DNA from: Selaginella moellendorffii
Lineage: Eukaryota; Plantae; Lycopodiophyta
NCBI RefSeq assembly: GCF_000143415.4
Contig: NW_003314343.1
Location: 56,855 to 120,854 of the forward strand
Reading direction: 5' to 3'
Length of the DNA stretch: 64,000 nt
The notes under the pieces are model-generated. The model was not told the DNA's origin, did not search any database, and saw only the letters and a program-made list of their open reading frames with translations. The position numbers were made by a program, and so were the translations under genes. How positions within the stretch are numbered: position 1 is the first letter of the stretch; every line of letters starts with the position of its first letter. Positions 13,278-27,157 of this stretch are shown here, piece after piece.

Positions 13278-16200
13278 GATTGATAGAACATAAAATTGAG
13301 CTAGTTGAGGGTGCTAAGGCAGTGGTTCATCCCCCCTATCGTTTGAACGAAAAGGAACTCGAGAAGCTCAAGCACCAACTAGAAGAGTTGGTGGAAAAAG
13401 GGTATGTTAGGTTGAGTAAGTCACTGTATGGTGCACCGGTGTTATTTGTGAAAAAGAAAGATGGATCTATACGCATGTGCATAGACTAATAAATATACAA
13501 AGAAGAACAAGTACCCGTTACCAAGGATTGAAAACCTGTTTGATAGGTTGGGAAAGGCGAAATACTTCTTGAGGATCGACCTAAGGTCAGGATACTACCA
13601 GATCAGGGTAGCAGAGGAAGATGTCAAGAAGACAACTTGTCGGACAATGTATAGAAGTTTTAAGTTTCTAGTGATGCCCTTCGGGCTGTGCAATGCACCA
13701 GCATTGATGAACCACATTTTTGTACCCTATTTGGATCACTTCGTAGTCATCTATATTGACGACATCCTAATCTATAGCAAGACGCTAGAGGAGCATGCCG
13801 AACACTTGACAAAGGTGTTTGAAAAACTAAGGGAACATAAGCTGTATGCTAAAGAGAGAAAATGTGACTTTGCTCAACAAGAGGTAAAGTTTGTTGAGCA
13901 TGTGGTGGGCCAGGACAGGCTCAAAGTGAACCCTGAGAAGGTTCAAGCGATCCAAGAATGGGAGCGACCATCGAATGTACATAAGTTGAGAGCATTCTTG
14001 GGGCTATGCAACTACTACCAAAAGTTTATCAAACACTATTCAAGAGTAACCTTGCCCTTAACGGACCAAACGGGTAAAGGGAAGATGGTATGGACAGCGG
14101 AATGTGAGTCCACCTCAAAGGGAAGTTAAGGAAGACCCCTGTGTTGGCGTTACCAAATTTTGGGAAGGACTTTGAGGTAGAAATGGATGCTTCAGACTTT
14201 GTGTTGGGCGCAATGTTGAAGCAAGACAACCATCTAGTAGCATTCTTCTCGAAGTAGTTGGACAAGGCACAGCAGAAGTGGCCTGCCTACGAGAAGGAAT
14301 TGTTTGCGGTGGTCAAGGTGCTCAAGGAGTGGAAACACTACCTTAGGAGACACTTCAAGGTTTACACGGACAATGTGGCAATGAAACACTTCTTGTCACA
14401 GCCCGACCTGAGAGGGAAATAGGGTTGGTGGGCCAATGCTTTCGCCGAATTTGATTGTGAGATTTTGTACAAGCCTGGGAAGAGCAATATCGTGGCGGAT
14501 GCTTGGAGTCGAAAAGCAAGCTTGAAGTTGGCAATATCCAGCGCGACAACAATCTTTTGGGATGATGTGCGGATAGTATATGAGAATGATGGTCTAGCAC
14601 AAAAAGTGTTGCTGAGGAACTTAGAGGCGCAGGAAGCTCACTAGAGAGGTGAGCTACCAATGGAAGAGAAAAAAAACTATGTGGAATGCAATAGACTCAT
14701 CTATTATAAACAAACAAGGGTATATGTTCCAAAAGGGGAACTAAGGAAGGTAGCCTTAGAAGAGTGTCATGACAGACCTTTTGCGAGACACGGCAGAGTG
14801 CCCAAGACAATAAGCTTACTTTAGAGGAAGTATCACTAGCCAGATATGGCTAAGGATGTTCAAGATTATGTAAAGACATGTCCAACATGTTACTAGGTCA
14901 AAGCTATGACTAAGGCTAATGGGGGTTTGTTACAAAGCATCCCAATTCCAGATCGTCCATGGAAATGCCTAACGATGGACTTCATCATAGGACTCCCCCC
15001 AAGCAAGGGGTTTGATGCGATATTCGTGGTGGTGGACCGATTTTTTAAGATGCCACATTTCATACCCACCACAACCGAAGTGGATGTGGCAAAGCTGTTC
15101 TTCGAACAAGTGGTTCGAGTACGGGGAAGGCCAGAAAAGATCAGCTCTGATGGAAATAAGATCTTCACTAGTAGGTTCTAGAGAACGCTCCTAGAACAGT
15201 ATCGCACCAAGTTGAAATTCAGCACAGCCTATCACCCCTAGACAGGTATTGGGTATTAAGTCAAATTGGATGGCACTAACACTTCTTGACAGACGGACAA
15301 ACGGAAAGGGTGAATAGGCAGCTGGAGGATTATTTGTGATGCTATATCTTGGGAGACCAGACTGATTGGGTGAGCTATTTAGGAGTTGCGGAAATGTGCT
15401 ATAACAACTCACCACACTCAAGTATCGGGGTGAGTCCATAAGCCACCATACCAATTCGTGCTTCCATGTCGTAAGGCCCGCCTACCTGCTCAAGGAACTC
15501 AGGATCAATTCATTTCTAGAAATACATGTATTTTACCTTTGGGTTAGCTTCTAGCTAATCCCACTTGGTAGCCTTAGGTTTTTGGTGTTCAGCCACACCT
15601 TCTCCCTAGGTTAGAACTCTACATCCCGGCAATTGTGGTTTGCATACTTGGTTTGCCTTTGTTGAGCCCGTTCTAAGGAATCCTTCACTAAATTCCAAAT
15701 ATTGAGTCTTTCCACTGTGAATGCCTCTACTGCGTTTAACTCTTTATGATACACGGCCATCCCGAGTTCTACAGGACCTTCAATAGCTCACCCATTGATG
15801 ACTTTCTACCGCTTCTGACTTCCTCGAGAGATGGGGAAGATGCACTATGTGTTCCATTTGAACTTCCTCAAGCGTACTTTGATAGACTGAATGGGTAAGT
15901 CATTTGGGATTGCGGAAATGTGCTATAACAATTCACCACATTCGAGTATTGGGGTGAGTCCATGGGAAGTCATCAATGGGCGAGCTATTGAAGGTCTTGT
16001 GGAACTCGGCGTGGCCGAGTATCATGGAGAGTTACCTACGGTAGAGGCATTCACAGCGGAGAGACTTAGCATTTGAAATCTAGTGAGGGATTTTTTGGAA
16101 CGGGTGCAACAAAGGCAAACCAAGTACGCGAACCAGAAGCGCTGGGATGTAGAGTTCCAACCTGGGGAGAAGGTGTGGCTGAACACCAAGAACCTGAGGC

Positions 16201-16459
16201 TACCAAGTGGGATCAGTCGGAACCTAACCCAAAGGTAAAAATGCATGTATTCCTAGAAATGAACTGATTTTGAATTCCTTAAGTAGGTTCGCGAGGCCTT
16301 ACGAGATTGAGGCACGAATCAGTAAAGTGGCTTACCGCCTCCGACTTCCTCAAGAGATGGGGAAGATGCACCTAGTGTTCCATGTGGACTTACTCAAGCC
16401 GTACTTTGAGGATCCGCTTCGCAAGGACCAAGTAAGACCTTTACCTGTGGTTATCCAAG

Positions 16460-16632
16460 GGGAAGAGGAATATGAAGTTGAGGCCATCCTCAATGCACAC
16501 AAGAGCAAGTGACAAGGACGTGAGGTGAGGGAGTTCCATGTGAAGTGGAAAGGATTTCCACACTGTGAAATAACATGGGAACCGGAGGAGAACCTAGCGA
16601 ACGCACGAGATCTAGTGGAGGAATTTCTACAA
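16460..16632 (+). pseudogene. Integrase C-terminal chromodomain
   Basis: EEYEVEAILNAH...EFHVKWKGFPHCEITWEPEENLANARDLVEEF. Confidence 0.85.
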
Positions 16633-17060
16633 GGTAGAACTCTATGTACTTATGCAAAGTTCAATTAAAGTATCAATTTGTGAAGTTGAGCAATGGCATA
16701 TGTTGGGACTTGAAGGCGCACTGAAGGTAAGCTAATTAGTATGGGTTAACGAGGTCGACCAAGCGTAGGGAACTACGCCCGACTCCTCGCAGGGATGTCG
16801 AACTCTACAGAGGTTGGGTTCGAGTCCCAACTTCCTAATAAAGCAAGGCTAGGTTCAAGTCCCAACCCCATACTAGGGTGTGTTGAGGTGAGGGGTATAG
16901 GGACACCTATATTCCGTTGTCATGGGCTCTTGGCCGGGGAGGCTAACTTAAGCACCCTGCTAAGTGGGGGGGGGTGCACCCAGAGACATGGTTAACAAGT
17001 TGTAGGATTAAAAAGAGATATTCGATGTGGGCATTGAACTTCTTCTATGGGTGGTGGAGT

Positions 17061-17932
17061 TGTAAGGAACCAACTCCTTAAGTTGTTGTAGGCTAAAGGA
17101 TCCCCGAAAGCACGACTGAAATGATAAAGAGTTCATCGGATGGACCGAGTCTGAGATCGAGTCTAAGACCGACTCTAAGACCGAGTTTAGGGTTTAGGGT
17201 TTAGGGACAGAGTCTGGGATCGAGTCCAAGGCCGACTCCGAGACCGAGTTCGAGGCCGAGCTCAAGACCGAGTTCGAGACAGAGTTCGAGATCCGAGATC
17301 ACGTTCGAGATCGAGTCCAAGGTCGAGTCCGAGGTCTGGGTGGTGTTGGAGGGGCCACCCTAGGAAGTGCTCAAGAGCAGCTCCTGCTCCCGGAAGGGAA
17401 ACCGACTGCAGTGCTCTCGGCTCTTGTGGAGTGGTGCCCCACTTGAGTATCTTATGGCTCATTGGTCCTTGCCCTTCCTAGGGGCTTGGGCCTTTCCTTC
17501 GAGATGGAAGTGGGGGAGTAGGAGTACCCACACCAGGCCGTTAGGCCACGGTGTTTCCCCCCGATATCCTGAAGCCAATGCTGCACCCAAGACTTAGGAT
17601 TTAGAGGGTCCCATGAACAAGTCTTGTTATACCAAGGGATGTTAGGAACCTGGAAGCTTGGTGTGCTTGGCTACTTGTGCCTGCGGGGAGTGTAGCTGAA
17701 CCTTAAGTCCAATTTAACCCGGGGAGGGGGATTGGGAGAGATTGGGAATCTGTGGATGGATGGCTAATGCTCCGTTGCTCATGCAGTGAGTAGCTGAAAC
17801 CAAGTAGGACTAAGTAGGAGCTGGTACAATAAGCAGAAACCTTGGCAAGGGAACTTAGCTAAAGCCAAGGTAATGTTAGTTGGATAGACGAGGTAAGCTG
17901 GAAAATTGGAAAGGAAAAATTTGTGGCTTACA
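17061..17932 (+). repeat. 3' LTR of family B, preceded by a PPT-like GGGTGGTGGAGT
   Basis: TGTAAGGAACC...GTGGCTTACA. Contains (TTTAGGG)3 at 17186-17206. Confidence 0.9.
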
Positions 17933-18331
17933 ATTGTATATAGAGTTGCAACTGGTTCATTGAGGTTCGATAATCGGCTAATGTTTATCCCATAACTTTG
18001 GATTTTATTTCAGTCATAAGTCTTAACAACTTTGTTGGTGGTTTTGTGGGAGCTTCAGATTCTTGTGGTAGTTTATAATCACATAGCAGAAGCTCTAGGT
18101 ATTATCATCACCTTTTCATGTTCCAGAGGGAAGGATGGTGTAAGGTTTTTAAATACATGTATATATATACATATATTACCCTAGCTAAGTAATACATTAA
18201 TTATATTACTATAGCATATAGACTGTTCATTTGGGACTGAATCTGGTCAATTCATTCTTCTATATAAGTAGGGTCTAAACCCCAATTAATATACCTATTC
18301 CTATATTTTGAGCACTCACATATTCATTTAA

Positions 18332-18355
18332 AAGCTCTATTTCGTTAAAGTGGGA
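18332..18355 (+). repeat. Left TIR, copy 1
   Basis: AAGCTCTATTTCGTTAAAGTGGGA. Confidence 0.9.
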
Positions 18356-18773
18356 ATTGTCATTATCCCACTTGTAAAATAAGGTTTCCAAACCTTTATA
18401 TAGTGTATAAATATAACAAAATTCAACTGCATTGAGGCACATGCCATTTTATTTTAAACAAGGAAATGTCTACTCAATCACTTCTCCTCCCCCTGCCACT
18501 ACTTCACCTCTCTCTTCTCCTTGTCATCGTCGTCCAATTTCTTTCCATTCTTTTAATATTGGCTCAGTTGCTCCGAGTCTAGGTAGAGCCCAAGTCCCCA
18601 TTCAATCTTTACTTTCCCCTTATTAATAAAACAACTTCGTAGACTTCCAATAACATGCTGTAACACTTCTAGTATAATGCAAATCCTCTCAAAGAATTGT
18701 TTTTTAATATTAATACAATGGCATGGAACCCCATGCCATAATAAGTTACATTTTTAAATAAATACATGCCATC

Positions 18774-21700
18774 TCAGACTGTTATTTTTTGCCTCCAACG
18801 CCTATACAATAATCTTGGAATTTCATCACTTTCCACACTATCAGGATTTAAACCCAATAGTAATGCCATCTCTTCTCTAATACGTCCACGCTCATGTTCA
18901 GTGGTCGAAAAACCCATCCGGTTGAGCAAATTATAAAGATGCGGATAGTGCTTGGCTAGACAATATACATGCCATAAATGATGACTGGTGTCTGTCCGAT
19001 CAAATGGCTTCTGATATACCATTCCATCTGCCATTTGGTTTATTTCTGCAGCCACCTCCTGGATTGGCCGGTTCTCTATCACCATCGCTCCAAGCCGTTT
19101 TGCAAGGTCCCCCAGAACATACGGTTTCTTCTCCCTAGTTTCCATACTGCAAGAGATGGGGTGCACTGCATATGTGTGCGTGTTCACTGCAGTTTTAATC
19201 GGCGAGTCATCGATGATGAGGATTTCACTTGACCTAGCAGTCCGGTTCATCACTACAGCCTTTGGCTTGAGGAAGATGGGCTTGCTACCCCTCACATGGA
19301 CCATAGTTAAGCAATCCTCCTGCATTAGGAGAAAGTCAAATGATAATATTACTCGGGTCTGATCGTGCATCATCTGTAGCAACGTTAATGCATTGTGGCG
19401 CATCATGGATGTCCAAACTCCCAATTGCAAATTGAACCCGGCCCTTTGTTTTAAGTGTCGCATGGTCATTATTAGATCCCGCAGTTTCTCCCGTGTGATT
19501 AATGTGAATCTGTCTCTTTTGACCAACTTGCGACCGCAGGCTTTGGAGGGTGCAGTGACATTCGAGGACGAGCCACGCTCATGGGAGAAAAGGACACCGT
19601 TCAGATCAAAAACCATACAGTACTTTCGCCGTGACTCTGAAATGAAATGCGTCAGCATAAAAAATGGTACAAGTCAATTTTACCATCTACAATATTAGCG
19701 AATGGTGCTCCCGATGGTCATTCAGAGGGTTTTGGTCGAGGAAACGTGAAGGGCGGAAATACTCTCCTCTGCAATGTGGGGTCAATCGCATCCGATGGCG
19801 TGTGGGCACATGCCATTTCAGCTGTAGACTCTGGTACAACTGGCTCAACAGTGGCATGGGGTGGTTCCGATGGCGTGTGATCACACGCCATTTCAGCTGG
19901 TGCCTCCGTTGGCAAAGTGGACATGACCGAACAGGCAGCAGGGGCGGTGTAGGGAGGTTCCAACGGCGCGTAGTCAGACGATTGGGCACACGTTGAGTCC
20001 GTTGGAAATGAGGATACGACCGGCTTGGCGGCTGGGGCAGCCTCATGCGGGTCCAATGGCGCCTGGTCACCGTCAGTTGGATACGTGGACAAGATTGACT
20101 CAGTGGTATGGGCAGCATCAAGTGGAGCGTGGTCAGCTTGCTTGTCGTTGATATGGATAGTAGCCTCCACCAGCTCTGATGACTCTTGCAGGCAAGTAGA
20201 GTCCACTGGCAGATCCATATGCATGTCCAAATATCTCCCTTCGATTGAGATGGTATCCTCCCTACTGGCTACTAAAAACAAACTCATTAGCACATTGAAT
20301 CGACTATACTATATTTACTATCAACTGCTATTGGGCGCACTGCTGATTCTGAAGGATTGGACATACGTTTCGACCCTTGCTTGGCACTATCCTTCCTCGA
20401 CACTAAAGGCTAGAGTTTGTATCTTAATTCAACTAAATAATCTCTACTTACCATTTGCTTTGCAACCTATATGGATAATGTTAGAAATGGTAAAAGGTTA
20501 GGAATGGATGTACTATTATTTACCTGATGGTTTGTCTTGTATGACCTTCCTCCGCTGCTCTTTGGCCACCTCAGGCTGGCCATCGTCGTCATCATCGTCG
20601 TCGTCGTTATTGTGATCGTCACCATTGTGAGGACCATCCAAGTCCTCTTCGTCCTCCTCTTCTTCGTCCTCCTCTTCTTTGTCCTCCTCTTCGTCCTTCT
20701 GCTCTTCCTGCTCATTATCTTTCTCTGGCTCCTCATCCCCCTCCTACATTTCTTCCATAGGCTGCTCAGGCTGGATGGCTTGTTCTTCCAGGACCATCTT
20801 GGGAAAATCATCTGGCTGAGTCTCCATCTCAAAATACAAGACATCCATAGCCTGTTTTAGTGCGTGACCTAGGACCGTATCCTCACCCGACTGTCTTAAC
20901 ATGGTTTCTGCACGTTCTTGCACCCTTCGAAGACGACGAGATGAGAAAAACGTGGCTCTGACTTGAAAAGCATCCCTCATCCATTGTACCTCTCCATTGA
21001 GATTGGGGAAGGGGAGTCCGCCATAGGAATCTGAGTCAGGAGGTGGTGACCGCGAGGCATTACCTATCATCTTTTCGTTGCCCTTCTTCCTTTTCGAATC
21101 AAACGCCTCTGATCCCGACGACTGTCCAACGTGCTTTCGTTTTTTATGACCACTGTCAGTTTGAGCTTGGCTGGTGCTTGCCTGTTTTGCCTTTGAAGAA
21201 GTGTCTCCTGCAAGGAATGGCATGAGACCACACGCCATTGCAAATATAATTTGTACCTCCCTTTTTCCTATTGCTTGTCTGTTTGTCCTTCTTCGACACG
21301 CCACCAGTGCGCTTTTCAGTCCTTGTGTCTGAATATTCACAACGATCTATAATCAAAATGGCGTGAGGCCTCACGTGACCTTACCTTGTGCAGGTTGTGA
21401 GCTCGGCCCAACAGTAACTGTTAATGCCGTTTCAGCATCTGGGGGTGGCCACGCTCCTGCATACAGAGCTTGTGAGATAACATTTAAACTTAAAGTGCGT
21501 ACTCACCAGGTTCGCAGAGAAGATACTGTTTTTCTTTGGCAACTGTAATTATATGCTTCATTGAAGTCACCTCTTCAATGGAGTTTGTCACCGCAACACA
21601 CGGGACACCCTTGAGTAGTGCAGCTCGAAAGAATAGTCCGCCGTAGTTGTACTCGACAACGCATTTGCCCTTGGAGTCGGAAGCAGGTGCTATTTCGTTG

Positions 21701-24296
21701 AAGACCCAGCTGAGCATTTCCCATGCTGCACCTGAAGCTTTCTCTGGATTCGAAAGCTCCATAGCCGTCTTTAGTTCCTCAAGCACGGGTAAATTGACCT
21801 CCCTCAGATCAATTCGATCGGCCTTGTCGAAAGAAGCTGGGAAGTCACTCCAGTCCCACTCTGCTGCAGGACCAATAACAAGGGCGAGTGTGAAGATGTG
21901 GACATTCGTCGGTATCTTCTTCTTAGCCATTATCCCATGGATCTCCTGCATCTCCTTGCCTTTCAACCGAGCCTTCACCTCGTTCAAGGCCTTCCAGAAC
22001 TTGTGATAGGATTCGGAGTTGTAGATCATATAGTGGACTGAAGATTCCACCTCCGCAAGTCCCACCATTAAGTCAATGATGGAGCTGACTTCGTCTGCAT
22101 GAGTGATCTCCTCGTTTGTGAAGTCCATCACACAAAAGATGTTCTTAACCTGCTCATCTCCGCGGGAAACGATGCTCCTCCACCTTTGATCCTCATCCGA
22201 ATTCACGTATACCCGGTAAGGTTCTCGATAGGCCTCTGCTGCGGGGTCGAGCTGTTTCTAAAGCCGGCGGTCGACATCCCTCTTAATGAAATTTGGATAC
22301 TGATCCAACTTCTCAGCTTTACTTTTCGTGGCATCCCGCAGTAGATCGATGAACTTGGGGGCCCCCTTCACGTACTCGTCGATGTCTTCATTTGACAACT
22401 CCAGCTCTTCCATCATCTCTTGCGTGGTGTCGATGCTCACCCTCTCCACGGCCACTTGCTCGAAGATCCAATCCTTCAATAGCGCACGAGCTCTTAGAGT
22501 CGTGCACAAGTCCTTGTATGTCGCAATATGGCCGGGAGTCATTTTGGTCTTGTTGAAGACTACCTCACCACGTAGAAGAGCATTAGCCACTGTCAGAAGG
22601 TCGTCGTCGTCTAGAGACTGCGAGAAACGCAAGGTGTTGAGCTTCAAATCATTGGGCTTCCGGCCGTCCTCCACACCCATTGAGTTTAGCAACTCCCCGT
22701 CATAGTACCTCCTCAGTACATCTACCCATTTGTCAAAAACAACTTTTGTCGCAAGTAGAATGTTATGGATGATGAGTGTGTCATTGACCCCCAGTGTTTT
22801 CGAGAGAAGACTCGAGAATTCCTGCAATGGAAATGGCGTGAGGCCACATGCTATGCCACATGCAACGAGGCTTACCTGCCAGGCGCTAGTTGCTAGTGCA
22901 CGTCCTTGTCCTGGTTTTTGTGGCTTCTTTAGTTGAACCCAGAGCTTCCGTGTTCGTGCCAATGTCTTGTGCAGACCCGATTTGTAGCACGTTTCTTGCT
23001 TGACATTCTGCGCGTGGGAGATGGATATGATAGATCGGAGGGGTGAGTTGCCTTTTATCAGGCGGACAACTCTTGTCTTGAAGACTTTCTTCACCTCCTC
23101 ACCCACCATAATATCCACAACTATCTCTTGCATCGCCAAGCTAGAATGCTGCCCGGAGACGGCATAGAACCGGATGTTCTGATCATCCAACACCTTCCTA
23201 TTGATCAAGTCTGGAAACCTCGTCTCGCCCTTCATTGTTCGGTAGTAGGGGATCACGTTTGCGATGTTGGGTGTTACTGGACTTGCCAGCATCTTTTGCT
23301 TCAGTTTCTCCACCCACTCATCAGATACTAGCCTGTGGTTGTATTTGCTTTGGATGTCGATATGGCTCACGTCGATTGTATATACTTTGTTGGAATAGTA
23401 ACAAGTACTATTATCTGCGACGATTTTTGCTGCCTCTTCTTGCTCTTTCTGCTCTTTGCGGCTCTTCTTTTTGGTGGGTGTAGTGTTCGAACCCGAGGCA
23501 ATGGCATCACCGAGTAGCTTCTTTTTTGGAGCAGCAGAGTCGGACGTCGGCTTGAGCTTGACCACCCTTTTCTGCTTCAGGGTAGTTTCCAGATCGACCC
23601 CCTTCCCCTTCGCTTCGTGAACTGGAGGCACTCTCAACGGCTCAATGTTGGAATATAGTTTTTGAACATCACCGTAGGTGAGGTCCGTGGATTCCATGTG
23701 ATCTTCATAGACCCGCAGCGTCTTTGAAATTGTGGGCCTCCTGGACAACCTCTCCCTAGCTCCCTCTAGGAATTCCTCATAGCCGCTGCCCCCCTCCAGG
23801 AAGCCGCTAGGATGTGCAAGGTGGATCTTGAAGGCGGACGCTGTCTCTACCACAAGTACCAGTCCATATTCTTGCATGGAACTGCATGGAGTGTCTGTCA
23901 CTTGGATGAGGATCCCCATGCATTCTTTTCTCCCACCATCTGTGTTGTACAGCCTCAGATCCTCGCCTTCCATCCCAAAAGTCCAACTGGTGAGCTCCTC
24001 CCCCTTCTCTGCATCCACATTGACAGTGGCTGGAAGAAGAACGCAATTCCTCGCCTGTTCAGAAATGCACAACAATTAGAGCTGACAGATGAAAAGCTAG
24101 CAGCTGGAAATAACGTGAGGCCACACGCCATTCACCACTGCATCAGATGTCTTGAGGCTGCATCCTAAGATGGCGTGAGGCTACATGCCATCTGTAACCG
24201 GACTGCACTCGAGAGCCCAATCGGTGCATGCCAATGTTGCTACTGAATGGCATGTGGCCTCATGCCATTTTCTACTTGGCCTAAAAGACTTACCAT
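18774..24296 (-). pseudogene. Multi-exon cargo gene, copy 1 (ParB-like / MTase-like / HAD phosphatase fusion)
   Basis: Homolog of 52103-57720. CAG>TAG stop at 22258-22260, and a ~56-bp deletion near 21050 removes a splice acceptor. HAD motif VFDLNGVL and IIDDSPIK. ParB-like AVSGQHSSLA. Confidence 0.8.
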
Positions 24297-27157
24297 TTGA
24301 AGTCGAATGGAGGCCGTGACAATCGAGGCCGGACTCGCTGGCGAATGTGCACTGTGTGTGCAGCGGATTGTAGCAGCAAGGCTACTCTGCCACTTACAGT
24401 TGGAGAGTGGCGCTGAAATCTCCCAAGACGCCAAGTGGGCTGCGTGTGGGTGGCGGAGTGGGCAGCGGAGTTGGCGGCGAAGTTACAAACTGGGTGTGTC
24501 TTGAAGTGGACACCGATGCACAGGAGCGCGATGCGAGCGCGAGTGTGATGCAAGCGCGAGTGGACGCCAATGCATACGAGAAACCTATAGAGAAGGTAGA
24601 TGAGCGCGAATGTGAGCGTGATCGCGAGTGGGAGCGCGATGCGAGCGCGAGCGCGAGTACGAAGCAAAATGCAAAACCTAACCTCACACGCGCGAAATGT
24701 CACAACGGTTGGTAATCCCGCCACGTCATCATTCCTCGGACTTGGGCGCCACCATTAATTTCTGGATTGCCGCGCGCATGCAAGCACACAAAATCCAAAA
24801 GAAATCCGCAACGTCATCATTCCTCGGACTGCATGCACGCGAAATCCAAAAGAAAGATCATGATTGGGATATCATTTAATACCCTCGCTATATTTATACC
24901 ATGCATGATTGGATATTCCAAAGCATCTTGTATTTCAAAAAATGGCAGATGTTCAGCTAAATAAAGAAATTCTATCTGTTTCTATTTTTCTCTCAAATCA
25001 ATATTATAGCGTGTGGGCTCATGCAATTTTGAACCAAAGAAACCCAAAAAATGTTGGACCCAAAATATTTTGAGAAAACCCAAAAAACCCTAAACATTTA
25101 AAACCCAAAAATCCAGGCGTCCTGTGGCGTTATTCCTTGAATGGCGTGTGGGCGCATGCCATTTTCAGGGCTAAATGCTGAATGGAGAAAAATTCCCTTT
25201 CAGTGCAAATGCTGCAAGAGGCAGATGCCGAGCACAAAGGACTGTAATTACCTCATATGACATAGATAAACTTTTCTCTATTTGGCAAAGATAAACTTTA
25301 TAGCGTGTGGGCTCATGCAATTTTGAACCCAAAAAATGCACGGAAAAATTCTCGGCGTCATCTGGCGTTATCTCTTGAATGGCGTGGGGCCGCATGCCAT
25401 TTTCAGGGGCACATAGGAGTATATTCCTAGGATATTCTGACACGCGTGAGATTTTTTTGAGTTTTCTGGAGATCCAACTGTTAGATCGCAACTAGATTTT
25501 ACAGAATGGTATACAATGTCTTTCTTGATGACCCTGCAAAGATGCATCTCGATCGGACACCACATGAGACCATACGAGCCTTACAATGTTTCAGGGGCAT
25601 TTGCCATAGATCCGACCGTTATTTTGCTCCAAGATTTTACAGTTTGGTGTGCATTGACCTTTCCATCGACACTGCAAAGAGACATCACAATCAGATGCGG
25701 GATCACAAGAAACTAACTTCACTAACTCTGGTTTCACCAAGATCTACGTAAGGAGTTATGAAATGAAAGGACCCTCTCTATTGAAATGTGTTTATGGTCC
25801 TAGGGGCATTGTGACATATCAAAGGATTTTGCATCAAGTTCTGTATTTGCATGTTTATCAAGCTACTGAATTGCTAAACCCTAAACCCTAAACATGTGGC
25901 AAATGCTGCGTGAAGAAAGATGCCCTTTCTGGGCTAATGCTGTAAGAGGCAGATGCCGAGCAGATGTATCTCAGGCTAGCGAAGGGGACAAACGAAAGCT
26001 AGTTATAAACATGACGGGATGCAAATAGATTACTAGGCTGGTCCTGCGAAAATCAAAAACCATAATTGAAAACATTGAAAATGCAAAAGGAAAGGTTTAT
26101 AATATTTTTGAATTTTAAGCAACCAAAGGAATGTAAGTAGGGCATGTGTTTGTAAGTTTAAAAATGCCTCAACCACTTAAATTCCCAAGTAAATAAAGTT
26201 GTTTCTATTTTTTGTACAGGTAAACTTTATAGCGTGTGGGCTCATGCAATTTTGAACCCAAAAATACACCAAAAAATGCTCGACTAGCATTATTCTTTGA
26301 ATGGCGTGTGGCCTTATATTGCCATAAATGGACGTACACACACAGCATAATTATTCCTTTACACGGCGAATAATCTTGGCGCGGATCGCTGACATGGCAT
26401 GGCAAAGTTCGAATCACTGACATGGCACAGCTGGATCGAGGCAAGGACATGATGTGACAAAGTTCAACCTCCGACAGCAAAGTCTAGAAGCTACTCAGTT
26501 TGAAATTTGTCAGAGGAGTCATAAAATCTGGTTTGTCAGAGGATTTGATATGACGTTCAAACGTGTGTTATTTTTGAATTCTCGAACTCATTCCTAGGTC
26601 TATCATTTTTGTGCGCCGTGTTCTTGGTTCCGCTGAGCGCAGTGAGCGCTGCTTGTGTAAGCGGCGTTGTGAGCTGTGGTTTATGCGTCTACGAGCGGTT
26701 GTGGCATTGCGAGCGCCATTGCGAGCGGCAGTTTATGCGAGTGGCAGTTTGTGCGAGTGGCGCTACGAGCAGTTGCAGTGTTGCGAGCGGCACTGTCTTT
26801 GGTGTGGCTACCGCTTCCTCTTGATATTCGGCACTTGTGCTTCCTGGTATGTTCACCATGGAATGGCTTAGGACCACATTTAGAAATGGCATAAGGCCAC
26901 ATGCCATCTTGGGCCCTTGCAATTTCATGGCTAGCGTATTGTCATGTATGTTTTTACTTGCCTGCAACTGTGTGTATATCAAGATGGCATGAGGCCTCAT
27001 GCCAATTTTGTGAATGCGAAATTTCACGTGGGTGTCAATAGCATGTTTGAATAATGGCATGTGGCCTCATGCTATTGAGGTTGTTTGGTATGTTATGATT
27101 TAGGCCATTCTCCAATCATTTTTTGTATGGTCTTAACTTCTTTTCTGCACTTTCAGA

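Larger units (their letters stand above)
13278..17932 (+). mobile_element. Ty3/Gypsy chromovirus family B, 3' part (RT-RH-INT-chromodomain-PPT-LTR)
   Basis: RT motifs (DLRSGYYQIR, MPFGLCNAP, YIDDILIYS), RH, INT, chromodomain and 3' LTR. Many stops. Confidence 0.92.

Noticed and set aside
24290-24724. R/S/A-rich ORFs in the central spacer
   Set aside because: They derive from CG-rich low-complexity repeats, and the frames differ between copies.
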